DNA from: a virus
Taxonomy: Duplodnaviria; Caudoviricetes
Virus record (IMG/VR): IMGVR_UViG_3300022309_000015
Span: 1-34,864 of that record
Strand: one strand, 5' to 3'
Length of the DNA stretch: 34,864 nucleotides
Shown here one piece after another: positions 19,734 through 26,731 of the stretch (its first letter is position 1; every line of letters starts with the position of its first letter). The translations under genes were made by a program, and so were the position numbers. The notes beneath the pieces are model-generated. The model did not search any database, was not told the DNA's origin, and was given only the letters and a program-made list of their open reading frames with translations.

Positions 19734-20108
19734 CTATTCGCCCCCGTACTTGCGTCGGTAACTCGGGTCGTTTTCAAACCGGTGGCGAATCTCTGCAAGT
19801 TTTTCAGTAACTTCTTGTTTTGAGCAGACTTCGCGTTTGGTATCATCAACCCACTTGCCGCGCACGTATTTGTCAAACTCGGTGCCGACTTCAACAAGCC
19901 CTCTCTCATTGAGAACCCGTGATTTGTGGCGCGGACCCTTTATCTCCATGCCGAGCCCGGTATCGAAGTACGGATACTGCTGGCCGGGTTCCCAATGCCC
20001 ACCGGCCCGCGAACAGTCCCCGCAGATATGGTCCGGGCCATAGGTGTTGCACGGATAAGGCCGTTCTTCCTCGGGAGTCCAGAATGGATTGACTTCATCT
20101 GTGTCCAT
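19734..20108 (-). CDS. Hypothetical phage protein with Cys motifs (124 aa)
   Basis: CGDC and YFDTGLG.EI...RH...VL.ERGLVEVG pattern; stop abuts portal start. Confidence 0.7.
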   Translation of the reverse strand: MDTDEVNPFWTPEEERPYPCNTYGPDHICGDCSRAGGHWEPGQQYPYFDTGLGMEIKGPRHKSRVLNERGLVEVGTEFDKYVRGKWVDDTKREVCSKQEVTEKLAEIRHRFENDPSYRRKYGGE

Positions 20109-20128
20109 AAGTACACACCACAGATTGG

Positions 20129-20157
20129 GGTGTAGACTATTCTACAGATTGTGTCAA
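20129..20157 (-). promoter_or_regulatory. Putative sigma70-type promoter for the virion operon with overlapping palindrome
   Basis: Minus strand TTGACA-N17-TACACC (weak -10); TGTAGA-N4-TCTACA palindrome at 20131-20146. Confidence 0.5.
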
Positions 20158-20168
20158 CAACTATTTTG

Positions 20169-21773
20169 CTAGTAGGCGGCTTTCCAGGTTTTCTTGCGGG
20201 ATGATCCTGAGTGGATTTCGTCTATGTGTCTATCTGTCTCAGACTTACGGATTTCGGCGGTGTCGGTTTGGTGTTCCATCGGGGTGCGCGCCACCTTCAC
20301 CGCGTTGGAGATTGCGTCCAGCCCGTCGAATGTCTTGGAGTACGGGAACTGGTAGAACTCATGTTCGAGCCATTCCAGGTCACGCTTGATCCACAGCTTG
20401 TGGGCCCGCACCCGGCCTTCGAGTGCCCCTTCGATGCGGTTCTTCTTGTCTTGACCCTGCGAGGATGAGGTGAACTCGAAGTTCGGGTAGACCCCGGTAT
20501 CCAGCGACCAGTTGTCCAGCGTCTCCTTAAGGTATTTGTAATCAACCTGTTGGCACCCAATGGAGATGGTCTGGATGCCGTCGAGGGCTTCCCACTGCTT
20601 CCAGAGTTCCTGACACAGTTCGGTCTTGTTGGGGCGTCCCCGGTAGCAATGGGTCATATACAACGATCCCGAAGAATCTACGACAAACCGGACGATGACC
20701 GTGTAGGCTTTGGAGTCGGCTTCCCCGGCGCGGATACGTTCCTCGCTGACCCAGTTCGGGTCGAATCCCATGACGGCGTAGGCGGCTTTCCCGTGGAGTT
20801 GGCGCATGATGTCGTCCCCGTCCACGTAGCGCAGGTCGGTCAGGTTGAACTTGCGGGATTCATCCGACAGGGGTTCGAGCATGTACTGGCTCGCCCACGT
20901 GAACGAGGTCGAGGTCGAGCGAATCTGCTCCACCTTTTCACGTGAAAACCTTGTTGGGTACATGGGGTTCCCCTCGGGGTCGATGATGGGGAGCACCAGT
21001 GGGTTAAATCGCACAGCCCATTCCTCATCGGCGTTCTTTGCGGTCTGGTCGAAGATGCGCTGGTAGATGTCGGAGAAGGACCAGCGGGTGCCAATGACGT
21101 TCATCTCCCCGTCCGGGTTCAAGATAGAGTGAAGCAGGACATAGAGTTCCCAGCACTTGTCAAGCTGCTCGGGGGAGAAGGACGACGCATACGCCTGGAG
21201 GTCGTCGGCCACGATCAGGTCGCAGTGGTATCCGGTTTGCTCGGCTCCAAGTGAAATGATGAACGAAGTCGGGTTTGAGTTGCGGGCAGTGGCATCGGAT
21301 GAGCGCATCCCGCTGGTGAACTCCCCGCCACCCCAATTCTTGGAGTACCCGGTGGGCTTGTGTTGCCCGAAGTAGTGGGAGAAGCGTGGAGATATGATGA
21401 TACTCTTGATTGCGCGAAGATGCTTTTTTGCAAGCCCCTGCCGTTCGGAGGCGAGGCCGATGGAGATGGTCGAGTCTCCCCGGCTTTCGATGATGTCGCG
21501 GGCGATCCGCCACGCGATGTAGTCAATCGAGTACACCTGGCTCTTGAGCGAGCCCCGGAAGGCCAGGGTCATGCGGTGGCGTTCATGGCGGTTCCCCATG
21601 AATCCGGTGGCGTTTTGGAGCATGGGTTCGTGGAACGGGTCGTAGAGGATGTCGGTTCCGCAGATGTCCTTGCAGAACGGGCCGAATCCATCGGGCCGGG
21701 TATAGGCGTAGGCGGCGAGTCCACGGGCGAGTTCGGAGTTGCCTGATTCATGTGCAGCACGGGCCTGCTTCAT
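20169..21773 (-). CDS. terL: Terminase large subunit (start uncertain: 21773 or 21884)
   Basis: Walker A-like AFRGSLKS, Walker B TGYHCDLIVADD, VIGTRW...DIY, nuclease GFDP and FPYSKTFDGLDA. Confidence 0.9.
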   Translation of the reverse strand: MKQARAAHESGNSELARGLAAYAYTRPDGFGPFCKDICGTDILYDPFHEPMLQNATGFMGNRHERHRMTLAFRGSLKSQVYSIDYIAWRIARDIIESRGDSTISIGLASERQGLAKKHLRAIKSIIISPRFSHYFGQHKPTGYSKNWGGGEFTSGMRSSDATARNSNPTSFIISLGAEQTGYHCDLIVADDLQAYASSFSPEQLDKCWELYVLLHSILNPDGEMNVIGTRWSFSDIYQRIFDQTAKNADEEWAVRFNPLVLPIIDPEGNPMYPTRFSREKVEQIRSTSTSFTWASQYMLEPLSDESRKFNLTDLRYVDGDDIMRQLHGKAAYAVMGFDPNWVSEERIRAGEADSKAYTVIVRFVVDSSGSLYMTHCYRGRPNKTELCQELWKQWEALDGIQTISIGCQQVDYKYLKETLDNWSLDTGVYPNFEFTSSSQGQDKKNRIEGALEGRVRAHKLWIKRDLEWLEHEFYQFPYSKTFDGLDAISNAVKVARTPMEHQTDTAEIRKSETDRHIDEIHSGSSRKKTWKAAY

Positions 21774-21804
21774 CAGTGTGCTGTACTTTAGTGCTTTAAT
21801 GTCC

Positions 21805-21833
21805 TTGACATCAATCAGCGCCGGGGCGAGAAT
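21805..21833 (+). promoter_or_regulatory. Putative sigma70-type promoter for the plus-strand cluster
   Basis: TTGACA-N17-GAGAAT, followed by SD GAGGAGG and GTG at 21874. Confidence 0.5.
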
Positions 21834-21873
21834 CTCACTGTCAGCAACTTCAAGATGAGAGGAGGATTTTCGA

Positions 21874-22062
21874 GTGGAAGCCATTATTCTAGCCTTGGTT
21901 ATAGCGGTAGGGGCCGCTGCATTGATTGTGTTCCTGCATAAGTTCCCGGTGGTTTTGACGTTCCGGTTTGAGCGCCATGACAACACCGGCTTCATGGAAG
22001 CACTGGAATCGGAAAAAGACAAGCAGAAAAAGGTGAGGGATGCCCGATACAACCAGTCGTAA
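21874..22062 (+). CDS. Small membrane protein (62 aa)
   Basis: Strong SD GAGGAGG before GTG; N-terminal hydrophobic helix. Confidence 0.65.
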   Translation: MEAIILALVIAVGAAALIVFLHKFPVVLTFRFERHDNTGFMEALESEKDKQKKVRDARYNQS

Positions 22063-22381
22063 GCCACTGCTCCCCGACGCGAACTACCCGGACCTTGACA
22101 ACATCGAGTGGGTACCGGAGTACATGGTTCAGCGCCAGATCAAGGCGGCGGCGGAGCACCTGGCGCACAAGGTGTTGGAGCCGTTCATTGCCCGGTTGCA
22201 GGAAAGGCCGGGCGAGTGGGCGGTGTACGCGAAGGGGAGAAAGAGTTGTTTTCCGAGCAGGCGGATTACGGACCCGACGCTTCGGTTGTATACACAGGTC
22301 CGCAACTCGTATGACCGGGAGAGCAAGACGTTCACGATCTACATGCGGTGGACCGGAGGCCGCATGAAACAGGAGGATTGA
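22040..22381 (+). CDS. Hypothetical protein (113 aa)
   Basis: Overlaps upstream gene; AAGGTGAGG upstream of ATG; GC3-rich codons. Confidence 0.7.
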   Translation: MPDTTSRKPLLPDANYPDLDNIEWVPEYMVQRQIKAAAEHLAHKVLEPFIARLQERPGEWAVYAKGRKSCFPSRRITDPTLRLYTQVRNSYDRESKTFTIYMRWTGGRMKQED

Positions 22382-22382
22382 G

Positions 22383-22628
22383 ATGGAAACTCTTTCAGAA
22401 GAACATGCCAAAGAACTACTGAAGTATTGCATTCTAAACAACTTCTTCAATCTAGACTTGATGGCGAAGAACATGGCTGAGGCATCAAAGATTGATAACA
22501 ACAAAAATCCAGATTATGTGTACTGGTTGGCAAAGAATGAGATAACCAATCGGTTCATCGGCTGGGCGCAATACCATCTTTCACCGTCTGATCTTGAGGG
22601 AAGTATGAAACAGGAGGATTCAGAATGA
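22383..22628 (+). CDS. Hypothetical protein, AT-rich (81 aa)
   Basis: AGGAGG SD; visibly more AT-rich than neighbours; flanked by 16-bp direct repeat. Confidence 0.7.
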   Translation: METLSEEHAKELLKYCILNNFFNLDLMAKNMAEASKIDNNKNPDYVYWLAKNEITNRFIGWAQYHLSPSDLEGSMKQEDSE

Positions 22629-22705
22629 GTGTTCTATCGGAAGTATTGATTGGCATAGCGTTGTTTCTCATTGGATTCTTTATTGGAAGGGGGCGTTCAG
22701 AATGA
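22625..22705 (+). CDS. Small single-TM peptide (26 aa, MSVLSEVLIGIALFLIGFFIGRGRSE)
   Basis: AGGAGG SD; ATGA overlaps at both ends; below ORF-track cutoff. Confidence 0.6.
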   Translation: MSVLSEVLIGIALFLIGFFIGRGRSE

Positions 22706-23046
22706 AAGCACCGATTCGAGTTGACCAGTATGATTGCCCGGATTGTTACCACCGGATGACGAACTACCACAAGAAGGATCGCCAGGAGGTCCGGGTGACG
22801 TGCCACAACTGCCGTAAGGAGTACACGTACAAGTTGGTCGAGCAGTTGGGGGTGTACCAGTGGCAGGTTCCCGCGAAGCCGGTGGCGTTGGAGGAGAGCA
22901 TCACCCCGGACGTATTGGCAAGCGTACCGACAGGGGTGGGGATTCATAGCATGGCGATTACGCCAGATGCCGCCCCTGAGAACGACAATGGGGTATTGAA
23001 CCCGCCGCGGCGTGGTCCGGGCCGACCGAGGAAGGTTCAGGAATGA
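22702..23046 (+). CDS. Zinc-ribbon protein with C-terminal AT-hook-like motif (114 aa)
   Basis: CPDC...CHNC; RRGPGRPRK. Confidence 0.7.
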   Translation: MKAPIRVDQYDCPDCYHRMTNYHKKDRQEVRVTCHNCRKEYTYKLVEQLGVYQWQVPAKPVALEESITPDVLASVPTGVGIHSMAITPDAAPENDNGVLNPPRRGPGRPRKVQE

Positions 23047-23237
23047 ACAAAGAACGGTCGCCATTTCATGTTGGGGACTACTACTGCCCGTACTGCCCGG
23101 AGGGGTACGCGCTGGTGCAGAATCGTGTTGTTGAAACCAAGTTTGATGGCGAGACAGTCATGGAAGTATCTGTTAAGTGCGCATACTGCAACCATTTCTG
23201 GTACAAGGAAATCAAACAGGACAGTGGTTGGCAATGA
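23043..23237 (+). CDS. Small zinc-ribbon protein (64 aa)
   Basis: CPYC...CAYC; ATGA coupling. Confidence 0.7.
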   Translation: MNKERSPFHVGDYYCPYCPEGYALVQNRVVETKFDGETVMEVSVKCAYCNHFWYKEIKQDSGWQ

Positions 23238-23782
23238 TTGCCCGTAGAACATGGAAGGCGATCATCCCGAACTATGAGAAGAACTACCGGGAGATGTTGC
23301 AGAAGTTGACGACCCTCAAGGGGGACGAGCGCAACAACTTCCGGTACTTGATTCATTGTGAAGAAGTGAACTTGTATAATATGCGGTTGTTGGCGGATGG
23401 TCGCTCCCCGACAGCCGAGGTCATGTCAAAGGAGGAATGGCTTGGAAGTCATGTTGAAGAACGCGACGTTGATATTCAACGGAGAACGCGGAGTGACGCT
23501 GGACACGGTGATATGCAGCGCGAAGAAGGTGGACGGGACCGTGATCGGCGCACTCCCCGGCGAGAGCGTGTGGATCGACAAGAGTGCAGCCCGGAACGTG
23601 TGGGTGACAAAGGAACGGGAAGTGCTGCTCCGCTTGAAGCCGTGAGCACCCGAATCGCGTTTTGGAACTACCAGGTGTGGGGACCGGGTGTCAAGTTTAG
23701 AACCGCTTACGAAGCCGTCCGGGTGGGCCGGTTGCATTGGAGTGGGAAGCGGTGCATGATGGCCCGGAAGCTATTGCCGTAG
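23234..23782 (+). CDS. Hypothetical protein; true extent uncertain (overlaps a second frame)
   Basis: ATGA-coupled start at 23234; middle part is R/D/E-biased where the 23451-23645 frame looks coding; possible separate GTG start at 23642. Confidence 0.45.
   Translation: MIARRTWKAIIPNYEKNYREMLQKLTTLKGDERNNFRYLIHCEEVNLYNMRLLADGRSPTAEVMSKEEWLGSHVEERDVDIQRRTRSDAGHGDMQREEGGRDRDRRTPRRERVDRQECSPERVGDKGTGSAAPLEAVSTRIAFWNYQVWGPGVKFRTAYEAVRVGRLHWSGKRCMMARKLLP
23451..23645 (+). CDS. Hypothetical protein (64 aa)
   Basis: MLKNATLIFNGERGVTLD...; protein-like composition; GTGA coupling at its stop. Confidence 0.55.
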   Translation: MLKNATLIFNGERGVTLDTVICSAKKVDGTVIGALPGESVWIDKSAARNVWVTKEREVLLRLKP

Positions 23783-23794
23783 AAAGGAGAAGAT

Positions 23795-24076
23795 ATGAGC
23801 AAACCCGATCTGAATGATGCGCTATTGGTGGTGCTGCGCGACTTGCAATCCAATCTAGCCGGGGCGCACGGTGGATACGCCGGAGAGTACGCGCTACAGT
23901 TAGCGCGACACGTCTCCGCCCTAGAAAACGCCGTTGTGCTTGACCGCGAGGACTGGGAGGAGGCGCTGGATGTCGTGAAGTTACTTCTTAATTGGATCAT
24001 GTCTGGCACTTCTAAATGTGGTATATGCGCTGCGCGCGCCCGCGCCTTCCTTGAAAAGCATCAGAGCAAACAGTAG
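23795..24076 (+). CDS. Hypothetical protein (93 aa)
   Basis: AAAGGAG SD; CGIC motif; C-terminal ARARAFLEK. Confidence 0.7.
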   Translation: MSKPDLNDALLVVLRDLQSNLAGAHGGYAGEYALQLARHVSALENAVVLDREDWEEALDVVKLLLNWIMSGTSKCGICAARARAFLEKHQSKQ

Positions 24077-24116
24077 AAAAGCAAGCGCCCCCGGAAGGGC
24101 TCCAGGGGCGGCTTGC
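24077..24116 (-). terminator. Intrinsic terminator of the candidate sRNA (may also serve the convergent plus-strand cluster)
   Basis: Minus strand GCAAGCCGCCCCTGGA...TCCGGGGGCGCTTGC followed by TTTTCT. Confidence 0.6.
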
Positions 24117-24159
24117 ACAACGGAGGTTAGTCGTTGGTTCTATGCCCGTCGAGGCGAAC
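24077..24159 (-). ncRNA. Candidate ~83-nt trans-acting antisense sRNA with anti-Shine-Dalgarno loop
   Basis: Upstream TTGACA-N17-TATGGT promoter; three hairpins; loop ACUAACCUC; ends in GC stem plus UUUU. Confidence 0.6.
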
Positions 24160-24165
24160 ACCACC

Positions 24166-24194
24166 ACCATACCCCGATCCCAAACCCATGTCAA
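24166..24194 (-). promoter_or_regulatory. Sigma70-type leftward promoter
   Basis: TTGACA (24194-24189), N17, TATGGT (24171-24166). Confidence 0.7.
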
Positions 24195-25048
24195 GTACCA
24201 ATCGCAACCAAACCCGCATCGACGTAACTCGCTCAAAACAGGCAAATAGCGCAAATTCTCGACTCGGATTATAAAGACAGGTTAACATAATACCCGAATC
24301 TTACTAAGATTTTCAACGTTGTCCACACTACTATATTTCATTCAGAAGCAAGGAGATACGGAGAACCTTACTACGATTCTAAAAAAAAGTGCTTTTCAGA
24401 AATCAGCGTTTCTGCTACCCATTTCCTTAGTGCCAGCTAGACCACCATTGAACCAGACCCCTCTTTCGGGCGGGGCGGGGCTCTTACCGGGGATACCCGT
24501 AGCGCCCCTTCAGGCGGCTGGCGTAGGGTATCCCCCTCCCAACTATTCCTCAACAGCAAAACAACCTCCTCAAATGACCCCTCCGGGTATGGACGACGCA
24601 CGCCTGGCTCCGTAAAGGGCCGCGCACGTCGTCCCCGATCTATCCCCCGCCCTTCCAATAGCGTCCAGTCTCCGGGCACCTTGGGTGTCCCGTCAAGAGA
24701 ATAGCTCAGATAGTGAAGACCGTATATAGCGCGTGGTGGTGTGCGTGTACGCACGGCACCCGCCCGTCTCCATTTCTAGCGCGGGAGCGCAAGAAGCTGC
24801 TCAATAGTATACCCGCGCACCGATGCGCGTCCCGCTAGGCGTGACAGACACGCCGATCGGACTAGCACGCTAGGGGAGAAGAGACCATCCCCTACCTAGC
24901 CACTATGTCCGAATGGACACACTAGCTGCTGCTTACGGTATAGCGTAATTCGTGCATCATGCGCAATCATTGTAGGGCTCGGCCACCATGGCATGGCGTA
25001 TGCTCTGCCGGGGCGGGCGGGCAAGCGTAAGATTCTCTCGATTCACCC

Positions 25049-25077
25049 TTGACAAGTTATGCTTGCATGGATATGCT
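25049..25077 (+). promoter_or_regulatory. Sigma70-type early promoter
   Basis: TTGACA-N17-TATGCT, upstream of SD and ATG at 25095. Confidence 0.75.
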
Positions 25078-25094
25078 ATAGGTGGAGGTTAGAT

Positions 25095-25283
25095 ATGAAT
25101 CCCTGTAAGTGTTATGCGTGTAAGGTTGAGCGGTTGCGGTTGGCGGCTGATGCGGCGCGGGCATTGTCCCTTGCCAAGCCGACAAAAGACAACCGTTCCG
25201 AGGCGCGGTTGGCGGCGGATGAATTGGCGTTCGTGCTAGCGCACGGGCCCGCTGCTGGCCAGCCTGTCGATCACAACGGATAA
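25095..25283 (+). CDS. Early hypothetical protein (62 aa)
   Basis: GGAGGTTAG before ATG at 25095; CKCYAC. Confidence 0.7.
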   Translation: MNPCKCYACKVERLRLAADAARALSLAKPTKDNRSEARLAADELAFVLAHGPAAGQPVDHNG

Positions 25284-25297
25284 CAGGAGGTTAGAGC

Positions 25298-25555
25298 GTG
25301 AAAATTACGAAGAGCATCGTGCTTGGTACAGCCGAGCGAATGCACGAGGATTGGGACTGGCCGTATACGGTTGTCAAGTGCCAGCATCGGCCCGGGTACA
25401 TGTGCATCCGCGACTACGACGCAAGGGGACCTGGGGGGGTGTACCCGCTGAACGGAACGTCTTATACGCTCCGAGAGGTATGGGCTCACCTTAACGGCGT
25501 GGCTGCTGCACTTGACCACGCCGCAAACAAGGCAGACAAGACCGACCACGACTAA
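25298..25555 (+). CDS. Early hypothetical protein (85 aa)
   Basis: AGGAGGTTAG before GTG. Confidence 0.75.
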   Translation: MKITKSIVLGTAERMHEDWDWPYTVVKCQHRPGYMCIRDYDARGPGGVYPLNGTSYTLREVWAHLNGVAAALDHAANKADKTDHD

Positions 25556-25657
25556 CACAACGGGCGGGCATTCGTGCCCGCCCGCCTGTCCGTGGGCATG
25601 TGCCCACGCTGACGAGGCCCACGGGCCGAAACAGGAAACACAAACGGAGGCTAGACA

Positions 25658-25867
25658 ATGGACAAACATGTCCAGATTTCAAGGGACCCCTTTGCGCGCC
25701 ATGACGTAGTGCGGCGCGTGGTCGATAAGCACGACCGCCGCGATTGTGATTGGTGCGGCCGCGAAGGTGCCAAGTATCAGTACGGTATTTGGCCCGATGA
25801 TGGGGGCCCGATGTACGAAAACAAAGTCTTTTGCTGCAAGGGCTGCCACGACAGCTACGGCGACTAA
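25658..25867 (+). CDS. Early zinc-finger-like protein (69 aa)
   Basis: GGAGGCTAG SD; CDWC...FCCKGC. Confidence 0.75.
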   Translation: MDKHVQISRDPFARHDVVRRVVDKHDRRDCDWCGREGAKYQYGIWPDDGGPMYENKVFCCKGCHDSYGD

Positions 25868-25961
25868 CACAAACGGAAACCAGGGCGGGCGCGTTTGGCC
25901 CGCCGGTGTGTGCGCCCGCCCGCTACCCTCCACACACCGGCAACAAACCGGAGGCTAGATC

Positions 25962-26258
25962 ATGCAAACGAAACACACGCCCGGACCGTGGGCACACTAT
26001 CCAGGGGACAGGTATATACGCGACCCCAAAACGGACGCAACCATTGCTTTTGTCTGCCCAGATGACGGGCATTGCGACGAACCGCAGTATATGCCGTGGG
26101 AGGATAACGCCCGTCTCATCGCCTCCGCGCCGGATTTGCTCGCGGCGCTGGAAGCGGTTCTCAAATATCTACCCGACTACGACCGGCTCAACTACGAGTT
26201 TAGGGACGCGGTATCAGCCGCCCGCGCCGCAATCGCCAAAGCCAAAGGAGGTGAATAG
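25962..26258 (+). CDS. Conserved phage hypothetical protein (HTPGPW...NARLIASAPDLL type)
   Basis: KHTPGPW, NARLIASAPDLLAALE and ARAAIAKAKG motifs common in small phage early proteins; GGAGGCTAG SD. Confidence 0.8.
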   Translation: MQTKHTPGPWAHYPGDRYIRDPKTDATIAFVCPDDGHCDEPQYMPWEDNARLIASAPDLLAALEAVLKYLPDYDRLNYEFRDAVSAARAAIAKAKGGE

Positions 26259-26259
26259 C

Positions 26260-26481
26260 ATGGAAAAGGTAACTATAAAGCCGGGGTGTGGTTATTGGGA
26301 TTGCACCAAATATCCCATTGGGGGATGCTTTTGTAGAGTTCCCAGAGATGGCGCGGGGCTTGAGGTGGCGAACGTTCAAAAGATGTGGAAATCGCACAAG
26401 GGGGCGGACCATACCGGAACCACTCCGGACGGTAGAAGCGTTGCCTTTGGCATAGAAGCCACAACAGAGGGAGGTGAATAG
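26260..26481 (+). CDS. Hypothetical protein (73 aa)
   Basis: AAGGAGGTG SD before ATG at 26260. Confidence 0.7.
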   Translation: MEKVTIKPGCGYWDCTKYPIGGCFCRVPRDGAGLEVANVQKMWKSHKGADHTGTTPDGRSVAFGIEATTEGGE

Positions 26482-26482
26482 T

Positions 26483-26731
26483 ATGGCCGTAGAATCTGGA
26501 AAGTATACCTTTTTTGAGCGCCGCCGCTTTGGGGTGTTTATGCGCCCCTGGTTTGCGTTTGGGGCCTATATCGACGCCTACCGGCTAACGCATCGGCTTG
26601 TTAGCTTTGATACAATGCGGATGGATAGCGGCCGCATAGTGTGGATATACAGCGGTAAACTTTGCGTTTGGATTGAATTAGGGTGTGAGCAAACGCCCCC
26701 GCAAACCGTTGGAGAAAGGGGTGTTTGGTAA
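26483..26731 (+). CDS. Hypothetical protein (82 aa)
   Basis: GGGAGGTG SD before ATG at 26483. Confidence 0.65.
   Translation: MAVESGKYTFFERRRFGVFMRPWFAFGAYIDAYRLTHRLVSFDTMRMDSGRIVWIYSGKLCVWIELGCEQTPPQTVGERGVW

Noticed and set aside
21885-22067. Extended terminase N-terminus from the ORF track
   Set aside because: Overlaps a plus-strand membrane-protein gene with a strong SD; sequence looks like antisense shadow
24134-24274. 46-codon TTG-start ORF behind the plus-strand GGAGGTTAG at 24122
   Set aside because: Weak start, low-complexity product, and it overlaps a consensus opposite-strand promoter; the sRNA reading explains the locus better, though the ORF is not formally excluded
24319-24754. 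ORFs 24319-24615 (+) and 24437-24754 (-)
   Set aside because: No SD, P/G-biased products, and they lie in a palindrome-rich control region
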